A DNA stretch of 64,000 nucleotides, taken from assembly GCA_020536535.1 (NCBI GenBank), contig JAHLWZ010000016.1:62001-126000 (forward strand), given 5' to 3'. The position numbers and the translations under genes are program-made. Shown in pieces: positions 25,901 to 40,300 of the stretch. The stretch is from Pelomyxa schiedti. Lineage: Eukaryota > Protista > Evosea. Under the pieces are notes generated by a model. That model saw nothing but the letters and a program-made list of their open reading frames with translations. It did no database searches and was not told the origin of the DNA. Numbering within the stretch: the first letter of the stretch is position 1; each line of letters begins with the position of its first letter.

Positions 25901-27242
25901 GAGACGTTATCATAAATGTCCCAAAGAAAAATGCTTCAAATGTCAAACTCCCAGAAAAATGGACAGAAACAGATAGCAACATGACAGCCAAACGTTATAC
26001 CACTCCTATTCTTGCCAAGTGTATTGCACAACAACGCGATGCAAGAGAAATTATGGACTCAATTACCCGTGAGTTACTGTTAGAGATGCAGACTGTTTTT
26101 GCCAAGAATTACCGATTATGGACAAACGCTGTGGGTATGATGGCTCAACTAGGTTCCCCTGATATCCCTGCAATTATTTTATTTGACGTACCAGAAAAAC
26201 AGATTGTTTACAAAGCTTAGCCCATGCTTCCACATCAATGGAGTCTCCCACCTGCCGTCCCAAGTTTTACAGTTCAGATACACATGAACCGTTCCTTGTT
26301 CTGAGGCAAGCACGACACCCGTGCGTAGCACTGCTACTTGGACAGAATTTTGTTCCCAATGATCTTATCCTTGGTCATGAACCAGAGGAAAGTGAAGAAG
26401 ATGTAAGCCCAGAATCTTCTGAGATAGCAGAAAGAACTCCCTCCACTCAGACAGAAAAAGCACTTTACCCTAGTGCAATGCTTATTACAGGACCAAATAT
26501 GGGTGGAAAAACAACTCTTCTCCGTCAAACCTGCATTTGCGTGATACTGGGGCAACTTGGCTGCCGTGTACCAGCAGAATACTGCTCTCTAACTCCCGTT
26601 GACAGAATATTCACACGGATTGGTGCCAGTGACAACATCACAAGAGCACAATCGACGTTCATGGTAGAGCTGCAAGAAACTAGTTCAGTTTTGCACAACG
26701 CAACACGTAATTCTCTTGTACTACTAGATGAGCTGGGGAGAGGTACAAGCACCTACGACGGCTATGCAATAGCGTACGCCGTTCTGTGCCATCTGGCCAA
26801 CACCCTGGGATGCCGGACACTCTTTTCAACGCATTACACAACGCTGACCGACGAGTTTGCAATGTCCGGGGAGGCTGTTGCACTGTACCACATGGCCTGC
26901 CATGCACCATCACCCGACAGCGATGTGGTGATGCTATTCTCACTCAGGCGTGGTGTTTGCCCAAAGTCCTACGGCATGATGGTGGCACGCTGTGCACGCG
27001 TGCCTGAAGCTGTTGTTCAATGCGCACAACAGATCGCAGCTCGCTTTGAGAGCGATAGCGTACTCGCTAAGAAGCGGGACCAAGCAGCCGCCAAGAACGA
27101 GCAGTTACTGTCTCAGGCCCTTCAACTCGTACAATCTCCTCCAACCAGTAATACAAAATCGCCCAAGAAGAATCCTGTTGTCACCTCCGCGGCGCTCGCG
27201 GCCATACAGCACCAAATACTGGGAAGTGGAAACACGCATTAA
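22940..27242 (+). CDS. MSH6: DNA mismatch repair protein MSH6
   Basis: N-terminal PIP-like [28 protein letters not shown], mismatch-binding [20 protein letters not shown], Walker [42 protein letters not shown]. Confidence 0.95.
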
Positions 27243-27395
27243 TTGTGGCAAGTTCACCTTTGCTTCCTTAGTTGTTGCTAACCTCCAATAGTGCACAATT
27301 CTGGGATAACCCTACCACCAACAAGTGCAAAAAGAAACCCGTTGTCCTAGAAGGAAGGAACTGTGTTTACTAAAAGAAAACATTTAGTTTTTTCC

Positions 27396-30105
27396 CTAAA
27401 GACTTGTAGAGCTGTAGTAGCTGCTAAGGATAGTGCTAGAACTACTGGTATCAGTACTGGTGTTATTATACCAGGGCCAGAAGGTATTGCACTCTGAGGT
27501 AGTTCCATAGTTGTACCCAGCCAAAATCCACCCAGTCCCAACACTGATGGTTTTTTGTGAGTGGTTGTGAATTTGGTTGTGGGAACATACGGAAATGCTA
27601 CGACAGAGAGAACTGCTGTTATGAACATGTAGAAAATCAACCGACGGCGAAGCGAAGCCGCGACCATTGGGGGCTTCTTGCAGATATAAATGAGCCGAAT
27701 GCGATCAACGAATACTCTGGGAAGGCATTGGATGGCGATAAGAGAACTATGTAGTAAGGAAGCAGTACTCAATGAGGTTGACAATAAAACCCAGTACTGC
27801 TAGCAGCGGGAAAAAAGGCATGCCGAAGCAAATCACGAACTGCCTGTACAATATTTCAAGATATTCTTCGGCAAGGTCAAACTCGGGCTGGTGTTTTTTG
27901 GGGTGAGTGTGTTGGATTAATATGTTTTCCTACTCGTTGTTTACGAGAAGTGACTTTGCTATCATCATTCTTCTTGAAGAAGCAACAGAGAAGCTTCATA
28001 ATTATAGGTAAGCAAAGTGGAAGGACAACTTCCATGGCATTGGAAACCTATTTGGGTATTTAAATTCTTCACGGAGTCTAGTACAAAATGCATACAATAA
28101 GGTCTATTATAACTAGGGTCATGAATTGGTCTCCCATGTATACTAAGCCACATGCATTTTCCGTTACAGTTGTGCCGGACTCAGACCCACTATCTTCCCA
28201 TGGAAAATCTGGTAAATTCCAGGTGTATGTGAATTGATCTGCGTATCTGTCCGCAACAAGCCAACGAGAAATGTAGACGCAAATAAGGTTAAGCACCTAG
28301 ATTCCTGGTTTCAGACAGGGTTGTATTAACAAGGTGTGCACAAAACAATAATAGCACTGGATTAACAAACCTTAAACCAGTACCACTTAAATAGTACGTG
28401 GTTCTTAAAAGAAGCCCAAGTTCTGTGCCTTTCAAATTTTGTTAAAGCTGAAGCAACAGATGTCCAAATCATTCTCACTACAGAAATTACAAGGGAAATC
28501 ATGGTAGAAAACCTACAAAAAAAAGTTAGACCTGTTGGGGTAGTACAAGCCGATACAATGTGGACTTCTCCAAGTTGATTTGCAGGATTGTGAAACCGAA
28601 GGTAACACCACAAGAAATTCCAAGCATTGACACGAACACAAATGCCGAGAACAAAAACCTCAGGAGCCGATTGAAAGAGGTTATGCTTAAGTTCTCCTAT
28701 TAGGTGGTAAGGACGATTTCCCATGATTGATAAACTGATAAACTTTTATCTCGTCATCTTCAAAGTCGTATTCATCTTCTATAATATTACGAGTCTTGAA
28801 GAATCTTCCCACCATAACATTGTACACAAATCTTGTTGAAGGTGAAACTTTTCTGATACAAAAAAAAAAAAAAAGATGACTATACCCATATGAAAACCAG
28901 GTTACAGCAGAAATTAAAATGGTTGAAAACCTGATCATATACATTAATAAATATAAGGAGTGAGGGGTACTCTACCAGTAATAGAATGTGGGACTTTCAT
29001 ACGAAGAAAGATATAATAACTTCCTCTTATCGTAGTACTCACCAAAAGCAAATACGGAAGAAACTGACCAGTCAGAACGAGTAAGATCCAAAGCACAGTG
29101 CGGAATAAAATTGATGAGAGCTATTGTTGTTAAGATTCCAATATAAAAGGAGCAGAAGGAATTGTACTCACCGAAGACAACAAGGGTTAAATTGGTCCCA
29201 ATTATAAAGAGGAGATAGCGAAAATACAGTTCCACGCCAGTACCATAACTTGACATAGGGTCAAAGAGGCCATTATAGACTACGACTGGCACGAAAATCA
29301 TTTGTAAAGAGAAGCTGACATACTATTCCCCAAGTTGAGCCTTTGAGGCAAGCAACCGCGGCCTATGACCTTGTAGAGAAAATGCTTCCTCGGCTTCATC
29401 AATTTCATATTTTTTCTTCTTGTGTTTCTTTATCCTGTGGAGAAGTGGAAGAGTATGGTGCGGTGGTTGCAGTTCTTACTTTTTCAAATATCGGCACCCT
29501 GAGCGTGTAACAAGTACTTCATACCCCTTAGGAATTTTCATTTGTCTGCTCATTTTTAGCTCGAAAACCATGAAGAATTCATTAAGGGGACACACTGATT
29601 TTGTGAAGGAGGCGCAATTCCCATAAACCCATCTACATAAAAACAAGGTATTGGCAAGAAGGAAAACCCAAGTTAGCCAACCGACAACAAGAACAAAAAC
29701 CCTAAACATAAACATAAACATAAACATAAACATAAACATAAACATAAACATAAACATAAACATAAACATAAACAACAACCAACCCAAGAAAACACGGAGT
29801 TTGGAGGGCGGCTTGGCCTTGATCAGCGGCGTCCCTTCGTCGCCGTGGCCTCCCTCCGCTGCCCCCGCGGCCCCGTCCGGCGCCATCCCCGCAACCCACG
29901 GCGCCGCGCACGCCGGCTCGTCCGGGTCCAGCACCTCCTCGACCATCGGCGTGCCCTCGCCTTCGCCTTCGCCGCTGTCGTCGCCGTTGCGCTCCCGCTC
30001 GGCCGCGTGCTCGTTCACCGTGGCGATACTGATCACCGCGCCCGCCGACCCCTCGTCGAGGTCGTCGTCGATTGCCTCTTCATCTCTCCTCGCCGTCCCA
30101 CTCAT
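27396..30105 (-). CDS. Transmembrane channel-like (TMC) family protein
   Basis: Spliced LGEYYGTGVELYFRYLLF, CGLVYMGDQF, PEFDLAEEYLEILYRQFVICFGMPFFPLL, RIRLIYICKKPP match TMC signatures; many TM helices; stop TAG 27396-27398. Confidence 0.8.
29703..29774. repeat. Perfect (TAAACA)12 microsatellite
   Basis: Twelve exact hexamer units; fills most of a putative 78-nt intron (29702-29779) of the TMC gene. Confidence 0.97.
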
Positions 30106-30315
30106 TCGGTGATTGTTTGTTTGTTTGACTGGCGCACACACACAAGGAGGTAGAGGAAAAAAAACTCGGTTGTCAAGCGGTGTCGCGCAACACCAACACC
30201 GGCGCGGTTTGTGGTTCTTGTTTTCTTTGATTTAGTTCCGTCGAAACGTCGTTTCCCGTAATTCCCAAAAAGATTCGTTTCTTCACTTATTTTCAGAACC
30301 CAAACAAAGCTCCGC

Positions 30316-31255
30316 TCACTCTGAAATCTGAACGGGGCCGCCCACAGGCTCGTAGGTCTTGGCCGCAGGCTTCCTGTACATGAAGAACCAAACGGCGCCA
30401 ACAGCGGCACCAGCAGCGAGGCCTATTCCTCCAAGCACTCCTGCTACAATTCCAAATATGGCTCCACCACTCAGTCCCTCATCCACTGTGGCCTGTGTTT
30501 GTATTGTTTGTTGGTGAGAGTGTGCTTATCAGTACTACGTTTGGTTTTAGATTTTGGTGAATGTGTCAGTTTTTGTATTTCACATACTGCTTGGCATTCG
30601 ACTGTGCCATACATATCCTCACCATAATAGTCGCATGTGTTCAAAGGCAGGGAGTCGGTGTAATTGCACAGGGACAAATCACAGTCAGGAGAGGCTGAAC
30701 AATCACTGAAAACCACAGCTTCTGCCTGGCACTCCACATACATACCAAGGTTGCACCCTGGTTTCATCCAGTAATACATGTCTGGTGATACTTTTAGTTC
30801 ATCTTAAATTCCAAAGCCATACAAACCAGGCACTTCAGAGCACAGGGCATTGTCAAAAGTCTTAATGAGGATACTGTGTTGTGTTGAGAGGAGGCCCTGA
30901 AATCTGACCCACCACACCCAAGCCACAAGAAAAGCTACATACCCGCCAGAATTTGGGAAGGCAGGATTGTCAGTACACTGTGCAGTGACATACACAGGAG
31001 TGTCGGGATAGCTTGAACAGGCAAGGCCCATGCAGTCCCCCTCGTCTGTCTGCAAACCAACCTTCGCAACAAAGTCATCACTGCAATCTACAATTTGTTT
31101 TGGGAGAGCCATTATAAACATACATAGTAGTAAAAACCAAAAATACAGGACAAAAAACCTTGGTCAGTGAAAACAGGAATGTTTTGCCACACAGTTTTGG
31201 CGCCGCACAGCTCGATCAACAAAACAACACATGAAACGACGCTAAGCCTATGCAT
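30316..31255 (-). CDS. Cys-rich type-I single-pass membrane protein
   Basis: Signal peptide MHRLSVVSCVVLLIELCGA, Cys-rich ectodomain exons, TM GGAIFGIVAGVLGGIGLAAGAAVGAVWFFMY, short tail RKPAAKTYEPVGGPVQISE. Confidence 0.75.
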
Positions 31256-31506
31256 TGAAGTTGTCGATCAATAAAGACAAGCCACACAAGGGAAAAAAAG
31301 AAACAACAACAAAATGTGTTTGAGGTGATAATTGTGCACCGATTCAAATGGAATTTTGGGGTTCGTTGCCCTGCAATCAGCAATTGGTGCTGCCGTAAAT
31401 GTTTTTTGGTACAAACTTTTTTGGGAGACTGAGTTGTTTCAACTCTAGTGCGCCGCTTTTTCTGGTGATGAACTATGACACTAGTGGAATCACAGAGTAA
31501 AAGGCC

Positions 31507-32977
31507 TCATACACGACCAGAGGATGCTGTAATCCTTGGCTTGGGTCGCACTTCTGAGTCAATTACTTGTCGTATGAATATCTGGTCAGGAGCCGGCACC
31601 CTTGGTTTTGTCAGACCAGGGATAGGGATTTAAGGAACACACTCTTTTTCACCCTCCTCGAAAGTGTAGGATGAAGCAATGGCCAACAGGGATCCCGCAT
31701 CGTTGAATGCTAGACTGGCAATGCTTGTTGGATAGGGGTGGAACTGAGTAACTCGTTTTTTGTTCTGCCCATCCCAAACCTGGATTTTTTTAAGTGTTGT
31801 TGTTGTGTTTGGTGTTTTTCTATACGTTGACGATCCCGTCACATCCGCCGCTCGCAAATGTGCCATATCTTGTCGGTTTAGCATACGTGGAAAGAAATAG
31901 TAGGATACCCTTTGTGAAAGGCCAGAGTATTGACGGGGAAAACAGTGTCGACCCCATTTATTAATGCGCGGTGACACTTAAATTGATATTTACTGTTCTG
32001 AACTTCTGGGGAAGGATCAAAGAATTCCATAGCCACTCGGCCTTCAATGGAGCTCACAGAAAAACCTATTTAATTCTTGTTTAGAACAATTTGGGTTCTG
32101 AACTGTATGGAGTATTTAGCGGAGAGAGCACCTCTTTCATCAGGGTAGATTCTCACACACCGTGTCTGATATCTCAAGGCACTTTCTCTTCTGGATTCTT
32201 CAGACAATGTCCTCATGTCAACTATATTAATAAGCCTCCCTGGAAATGGTTGAGTAAGTATTAAAACAAAACGGGGAGGTAAGGAACCAGCAGTGCCAAC
32301 AACAAGCTTGTTTGGAGAACCGGACATAGAGTAGACCTGATATTGTGAGTAGAGAACCAATTATGATGCAGGAAACCTTTTGAGACTGATTGATAGTCTT
32401 GATGCAATTAGAGTCCCGAGTATCCCAAAATTTGACAGTGCTGTCCCAGCTGCCACTGATGATTAAATCTGTTTGCATTAGTTTCTCTATCAAGGCTACA
32501 GTGCAAACCTCGTTCACCACGTACAGTACAAATACAACGAATAGCACCATCATGAGTTCCAATAGTGGTTTCTGCACCCGTTCGGATATTTACTCTGAAC
32601 AGAAACTTATTGAGTTTGCACATAAACCCGTAATAAAGAATAAACACTTCATAATTTCATTTATTGGTCAGAAGCTTACAGTTTTAGTGTCCTATCAAGA
32701 CCTCCGCTCACGGTGGTTTCTCTGTCAAGGAAACAGCAATCTAACACACCAGATTTGTGACTGTAATGTGTCTTCATCTGGTTCGCCAATACATCATATA
32801 TTCGTACTGTCTAAAAAAAAAAAGCACCCCAAGTAAATGACAGGCAAAACACGAGGGAAGGTCAAAAACCGAGTCCCAAGAAGAAACGGCCAAAAACTCG
32901 ACAGTCCCAGGACAAAAGTTGACTGCCGTGATTCCGTCACCCGGAGGTTGTTGTAGCTCGTACTCCTTGCTGCTCAT
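31507..32977 (-). CDS. BUB3: Spindle checkpoint WD40 protein BUB3
   Basis: [97 protein letters not shown]. Confidence 0.93.
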
Positions 32978-33436
32978 GTTGGGGCGACAGGTTTTTTTCG
33001 TTGTTTGAGTCTTCCTTTGAGATCTATTAGAGTCCAATTCCTTGGGTCGATCTCTGAGACGTCTCTGAGTCTCACACCCTAAGTCCACAGTACACATCTT
33101 CCAAAAACAAAACTGAAAATCAGAAAGTGTCGCTTCAGAAAGCCATCTCCTTGATCAGTCTCACAACAACCAAAAAAGGGAGAAAAAAACCAAAAAAAAA
33201 ACCGAAAACACATTAATTAACTGCCCCGAGCGCACTCGCAACGAGACTTTTCCAGCAAAAAACCACCCGTTTTACTTGTTGTTGGCTCAACACCATAATT
33301 CCGATTTCATTCCGTTCCATTCCTTCCTTTTTTTTTTTCCCCCTCCTCCCATTGCCTAGCCAATTGTTGGTGTAGCCCTGCCCGAGCCCCACGCCCACAA
33401 CTCACAACTCACAACCCACAACAAGCCAAAAACCGA

Positions 33437-36400
33437 ATGTCGTCGAAAGGCCGCCACTCCCACAATTCCTCCCACGGGTCGTCCTCCTCCTCCAGCACAT
33501 CCTCCCGCAACTCGACCGGCGCGCCATCGCCATCGCCGGCACCCGCCGCGCCCAGCAACACCGTCGTCACTACCGCGTCGTCGCGGCAGCTGCCTCCCCC
33601 GCCCCCTCTCACCTTGCCGCCTTCCTTGCCCTCCCAGTCTTCGTCTTCGTCTTCGTCCTCCTCCTCGAGCGCGGCTGTTAGTGCCGCGGCCACAACAACG
33701 GGAGGTGGTGGTGGGACTGGGACTGGGACTGGGGCTCACGATCGGGGAAGTGCGTCTGCATCTGCATCTGCATCTGCATCTGTATCTGGTGCCACGGGTG
33801 GGACTGGAACTGGAACTGGAGGGAGTGTGTCACTGCTTACTGTAATTCAGAATCAGGACCCTGTGGCTTTGTCCAAGCTCGTTCAATGTAACTAGAGATA
33901 GCCAATGATTATTCTGATTGATTGATGACATTGAGTGCCTGTCTTGACACACAACACTCAAATTCCAACGCGCACACACTCTGGAGCTCTTGTGTTCCCG
34001 TCTATTGTCACCTTTTTCTTACCAACTACTCACACAAACACAAGTGCTTAAAGAGTTGAATGACTTGAAAAGAAAGATATCCATTTCCAGCAAGAAAAAT
34101 TTCCAGTTAGAGGGTGACATTAACGTACTAGATGAAAAGATAGCTCGCCTTATTAAGCACAGGACCACTCTAGATGTTTTCCTTCCTGTTTCTTTCTATA
34201 TCCCTTGTCTCATACCCAAATTAGGAGGTGCTGAAGGCAAAAGGTGAGATGGCCACACAGCAACTCAACAAAAGTGTCTCTTTTAAAACCACTCAGGAGG
34301 CAGAAGTATTATCCCCCATTTTGCCCTTTTTTACTGCATAATTTCAAATCTTTGCTCACAGTTTTCAGGCTTACGGTCGTTTGTTCTGGCTTCTTCAAAG
34401 AAAAACTCAATATATCAGCAAATTAGCAAGGCTAATAAAACTTGGGGAAATAGACAACTTTCTGCAGACAGTGATGTTCACCCTTTTTGGCAATCAATAC
34501 GAAGAAGAAGAAGAGCACCTCCTTTTGTCAATGTTCCAGGTTAAACTTATGGGGTTGTATTTTATTTCTCACCCCTCCCCTTAGTGTGTGCTGCAAGCGG
34601 AATTTGCTGAAGCTACTTCCATTGTTAACATTCTGAGATCAAATACAGCACTCACACGCATGCTCAACACCTACACCAGGTAACATGAAAGTGTTAACTG
34701 AGTGTATTTCCAACTTTGTGAAATTAAGGCGTGGACCTGGTCAACAATATTTAAAAGTCACCCTCACATCCATCTTGGCTAAAACTGTCGCAGATCCAAA
34801 TCTCAACTTGGAGATTAATCCTGCCAAAGTATTTTTCCCTTCTATTCACTTTTATTCAACTTGTAATATTGGTCAGGTGTTTGAAGCTTATGTTAATGAC
34901 TATGAGTCAAAGGAAGGGAAAACCTTCACTGAAGAACGTAAGCTTACCACAGAGCAAGCAGCTGCACATCCCAAAGTTCAAGAAATAATTGCCCCCAGTA
35001 GGTGGTTTTTCCTATAAGTATGCTTAACTATGGGAAGGAATGGCTCAATTGGAGAGAATTGCTGACGAGTTCGTTGCCCAGCTAGTCAATTCATTAGATG
35101 CAGTACCTTATGGAATAAGATGGATTTCAAGGCAGATATCAGACCTATTTCATGTTTGGACAACAAAAAATCCTCAATGTAGTGACATTGACAGGAAAAA
35201 TTTCCGGAAGCCTCTCAAGCACAAAAGTGCTCTGTTATTGGTGGTTTCTTCCTTCTTCGTTTTGTAAATCCTGCCATCGTCACTCCTAATGCATTCATGC
35301 TTATTGATACAAAGCTTTCACAAACAACAAGAAGAAATCTCACCTTGGTGACTTTTTTTTAATCTCACAGTGGGAGCTTTCTCATTACCTCCAGATAGCG
35401 AAAATGCTTCAAAATATAGCCAATAATGTTCCTTTTGGAGGTGTCAAGGAATTCTACATGGAGCAACTTAATCCCATGTTGGAAAGAAATACCCCTATAA
35501 TGAATCAGTTCATGGAGCGTCTCACTGAAGTTGAAGACCTTTCTGATCACCTTTCTGTATGCATCTTCGAGCAAGTCTCTGTATTCATTGTCCTAAAATA
35601 CAGATGGACAAATATTTATCACTAGGAAAGGCACAAGATACCACAATCACAATCAGTTTGAATGAAATTTACTTTATTCATTCCCTTCTTGCTCTGCATT
35701 GTGAAGCAATAGTATACTACTTACCATCCTTAATCTGAATTTTACGGTCTCACAGGCACCAGATTCAAATGATGAAATGAGACAACTACTGAGAAATCTT
35801 TCTGCACCACCCCCACAGCTTCCCCGCAAGGATAATGCTAATGTTGAACTCAAGCTTCTGCCTCCAAAAGGTTTTTTTTTTTCCGCATTCTTTCCTTCAT
35901 TTCACTGTTAAACAGACGGTGGACAAACACAAATGAGGCCGGAGCAACTTTACTCTGAAATCAAATTTCTTCTTTTCTCCCTTATTCGTTCTGTTCCCAC
36001 AAATCTCACCCTTGTTGATGGCGACGTGAGAGTAATTTCCAGTCTGAGTAGTTCGCTTCTAATCCTAAAAAGTCTCTTCTGGCCCAAATCGCCAAGTGGG
36101 CAACTTCTCAAAACACCAAAGAAGTTCTGGAGCACATAGGGCGAATTCTGGTGACATGCAAGAAACTCACCTCCATTGGGGGAGAACCTGACACTGTCTT
36201 CTTTGCACGAATGAGCAAAGAGCTTGCAGAGGTTTTTACCCAATATTAATTTTTTTATCTTCTTTTCACCTAAGATGAATCCAGGAATTTTTGAATAGCA
36301 ACCAGCGGATTGTCAAGGTTGCTGCTGACATTGAAAAGCTCAAAGTTGTCCACCAAGCCCTTCTGGAACACAACGAATTTGGAAATCAGCAACTTAGAGC

Positions 36401-36963
36401 ATATGAAGAGTACCTAAACAATGCACGAAATCCCTTGGGTACTGGCCCAGCAAGGTTTTTTTCCTATGACTCGACATGAAATTAACAAAAAAAAAAAAAA
36501 AAATAGAGGTGACAAAACCAAGGTTAAGCACATTTCCGGCCCCTTCAAGTTTACCCACAATCAACTGATGAAAGATGGAGTTATCATTGAGTCCGATGTT
36601 CCTGATGACAGGTAAAGGCTTACCCGGAATTTTCCGCGTTTGCGAATAGTATAATGTAGCTACTAATGAGGAAAGAATCTTTAGTAAAGGGTGCAGAGAT
36701 ATTGAGTGAATAATCTCTTAATGACACATAAAAAAAAAAAAACATCCAGGAGGGCACATGTGTGCTTTGAATTCAGCTCCCCCACACCAGGAATGTTTGA
36801 CATCAAAGTGTCTTACCGTAGTAAGGGTATTTCTGAACTCAAGCTTCAAATTGATGATCTACTTGAACGCCAGTCCAGCAACCATCTCCAATACGAAACA
36901 GATTTCCTCATTCTCAACGTCAACCTTGTAATTTACCTGTTGAACAAGCACTTCTTTTCCTAG
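33437..36963 (+). CDS. RasGAP with RasGAP_C domain (fungal Gap1/Sar1-like, IQGAP-related)
   Basis: DLKRKISISSKKNFQLE, IDNFLQTVMFTLFGNQYEEEEEHLLLSMFQ, arginine finger LRSNT, RRGPGQQYLK, VPYGIRWISRQI, GGFFLLRFVNPAIVTP, GPFKFTHNQL.KDGVI. Confidence 0.88.
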
Positions 36964-37393
36964 CAAAGTACTCTTCACAGAAGAGACCAACAAGCCACCA
37001 AACCACCAAAGCAAAAAAGAAAAGAAGAGTTGTTACGCGGCATTACTTTTTTTTCCTTCTCGTCAGTCTCACAACAACGACTTTGATGAGTTAACTTTCA
37101 ACCAAAAACAGAAAAGTGGAACGCTAATAATATCAGTAGAAAAAAGAAAGAAAAAAGAAAGAAATAAACCGGGAAGGGTGCGTTTCTCCTTCCTTTTTTT
37201 TTTCCCTCTCTTCTTCGCCCATTCCCCCTTTTTTCTAATACCCCGCCGTCGTCCATCTGTTTGGGTTTTCCCCTCCTTCCTTTTTTTTTCCTCCTCCAAC
37301 GCACCATCGTCTCCTTCGTTCCCACAATCCACAACCTACGAGACAACTTTTAACCACCAGCCCCTTTCTTTTTTTTCCCCCTTTGTTGCAGTG

Positions 37394-40300
37394 ATGGCGA
37401 CTTTTACAACAATGCAAGAACAAAACCCAAGTCAAACCGACTCTGTTGAAGCCAATTCAACGAATTCGTTGGCAAATAGCCCCAGTGAAAATGGCACTGG
37501 GAGCAATTGCCCCTCTTCCTCAATCACACCATCACCTCTTCCATCTTTTTCAACCAATTTGCCCCCTCCTGTGGGAATGGTTGGATTCAGACTCTCTGAT
37601 TCCCAATTGGGTTCTTCTGTTGCCCAGCCACTGCCAATTCTCCCTCTTCCAGTCAATAGTAATAATGTCAACAACACCCTCACCAACAACAATAACAACA
37701 ACCTACTCAGGAAGTCCCACCGTCACTCACACAGCCCACCTCCCAATTCATCTGGAAATGGAAGTGGGAATGCCACGCAATCCTCGTGCTTCAGTGGGGG
37801 TGGTTCGGATTCTGGCAATTCCACATCACCTGCCACTCATCACCACCAGCCTCTTGCTCTCACTGCACAGGATCACCAGAAACTCTGGCAAAAGTTGACT
37901 GATGATCAGTTCAAAACTGATCAATCTAATTTGGTAACCCTACAAGCAGTATCCAATCACGTCTCTCCTACAACAATTTCGCCTGCACAAACGACTCCTC
38001 TTCCATCAAATTCATTGACACCCTCTTCTACTCTTCACATGGGCTCTGCTGTTTTGCCCAGCCTTGCCACGTCTTCAGTTAATGATCTACTAGTCCTTCA
38101 CGCACTTCTAGTTGATCTTATACACCGTGATGTTGGCTTGCTTCTCTTGCTTGACAGTCTTGCTGCTCGGCATGGCTTAGCTCAGGTACTGCACAGAGGC
38201 AGACTTGACGCATTGAGCAGAATGCTAGAAGAAGCCCCCGCATTACTCAGGGGAATGTCTTCTGCCCAAGTAACTGAATTGGCTGCAGTTTATTCACAGA
38301 AAAGACAGGTTGAGTTGCTTGTGACCAACCAAGCAATTGCCTTCTCTCCATACTTTTCAAGCTCACAGCCCAAAAGGAAGGGGTTGAACAAGATTACAGT
38401 AGCAGTAGCGGGCAGCTTCTACCCTTATGTGTCTTGCTTGGTTTCAGGGAGGTCCAACTCATCCTCTTCCGTATCACCACTGTACAACTCGTGCACTTGA
38501 CACGCAATCTTCTTCCGTGCATAGAAGACACGGCACTGCTAGATTGCTTTGCTTGGGTTCAAGACCATGTGTGTGCTCATCCTGCACAAGCAGTGGAACA
38601 GTGTCACAAAGCTTTGTCACAAGTGCCATCTCACTTGCAAAAAGTGGCTTTAGCCAAGTGCATACCAGATGTCCCACAGGAAGTAAGATTTCACACTGCG
38701 TTTTCCCACTTCACTCCCCTTCAATAGATTTCTAGCTTTGTATTGGAAGTATTTAGGCTCCCGTTATACGATACGATTAGTTTTACGTGCACTCTTGGGT
38801 CTCTCTCGAATCACCAATTATCTCTTCTTATCCGAATATTTCAGGTTTCTCATTTCGGTTCTAGAAGGTGATGTTAATGAAATTCACAGATGGACACTTG
38901 TACCATTATCACTATCAAGCGTGCCATTGCACCTGATCCCCAGGATGAGGGTCTTGAGCTACCAAATTCTGGCCTTTGCGCTGAACTTCCTTCTGTCGTA
39001 ACAGGGGGTGCTTTGCTCAACGAACAGTCCACCGCCAACCCACTCACCCAACATATCGCAAACGCACAGCTACTCCTTCAACACTCTGGATTGAGTTATT
39101 TTCAACAGCCGGAGTTTCCAAATTCCCAGGTGTCTCTGTCTGTCCAATCACATCCATCAGACTCCAGTCCACAAGGACAGTTACTTCTTCTACAGCAACA
39201 AATGAAACAAACCTCACCCGCCAAGTCTCATCCTCTAAAACACGAAAAGGAAGAAATGAGGGAAGGCGAACCTGTGCCAAGTGTATATTCGGCACACACA
39301 GGCACCGTTGATTTCTCGGGTTCACAGGCATGTATGACCAACCATCAGCAGAAACTCATTTCGTCCAGGTATTAGCAACTGAAGGTACACCAACGGATTC
39401 CTCTCATGGCCCAATGAGACCCCGACGTCACAAGCCATCTGGTAACAATTCAATCACAATTCCATTTTATTAACGACTGCAAGGTAGGAAACCATATGCC
39501 CATAGTGATGCAATCGAACCCAGTGCAACAAGTTCACCCTTGTAGTAAGTCGGAATTTACATTTCCATGATGACTTCTCTAACTTATGTATACAAGTGAG
39601 GAGTTCAACAGCCGAGCAGCACAAGACCAAGGCGCTATAACAAATACCACTCCTCCCTCGTCTGCAATTGCAGCTACCTCTGGAGACAGTGACAATGGAG
39701 AAGGTGGGGGAATTATTCCAACACAAGTACCTTATGGAATGATGCCTGGTGTTGGCATTGGGGGCGCTGTGATTGGTCTCAAAATTGCTCGTCAACCACC
39801 CAGTAGGACTGTTTATCAAAGGATCTTAAGACCGTTTCCAAGTGTGATGATAGTTGGTACTCTGCCTCAAGGAATGATACAAAATCTCTTCATTGAAGCA
39901 TCTTTGTGGCGGTCAGATAATGAGACCGAGATACCTTCCTACTTGGAGGGAACAAGAGTTGTTAGGGTAAGCTTTCTACACAATTATTAATTCCTCACTA
40001 AATAATTACCCCTTTATGCCTTTTTTTGCAAGATTTCTACCGGCGTTTTTGCCACTTTCAAACGATTGAAGATATTGTGCACTACACAACAGCAAGGCTC
40101 TCTATTTTGTCTGCGATTTGTTTTGAAACAGTAAAGCTCCTATGAAATTTCTTGTGTAACACTGTGGTATTCAAGGTATATGGGAAACGATTTCTATCCT
40201 GTTGCTGGAGGTGTTGCCCTCTCTGATCCCATTGAGGTGTTCTCTCACACCCTGTATCTCAATGAGAGGCGCGAATGTATGAACCCTCAAATATTCCTTC

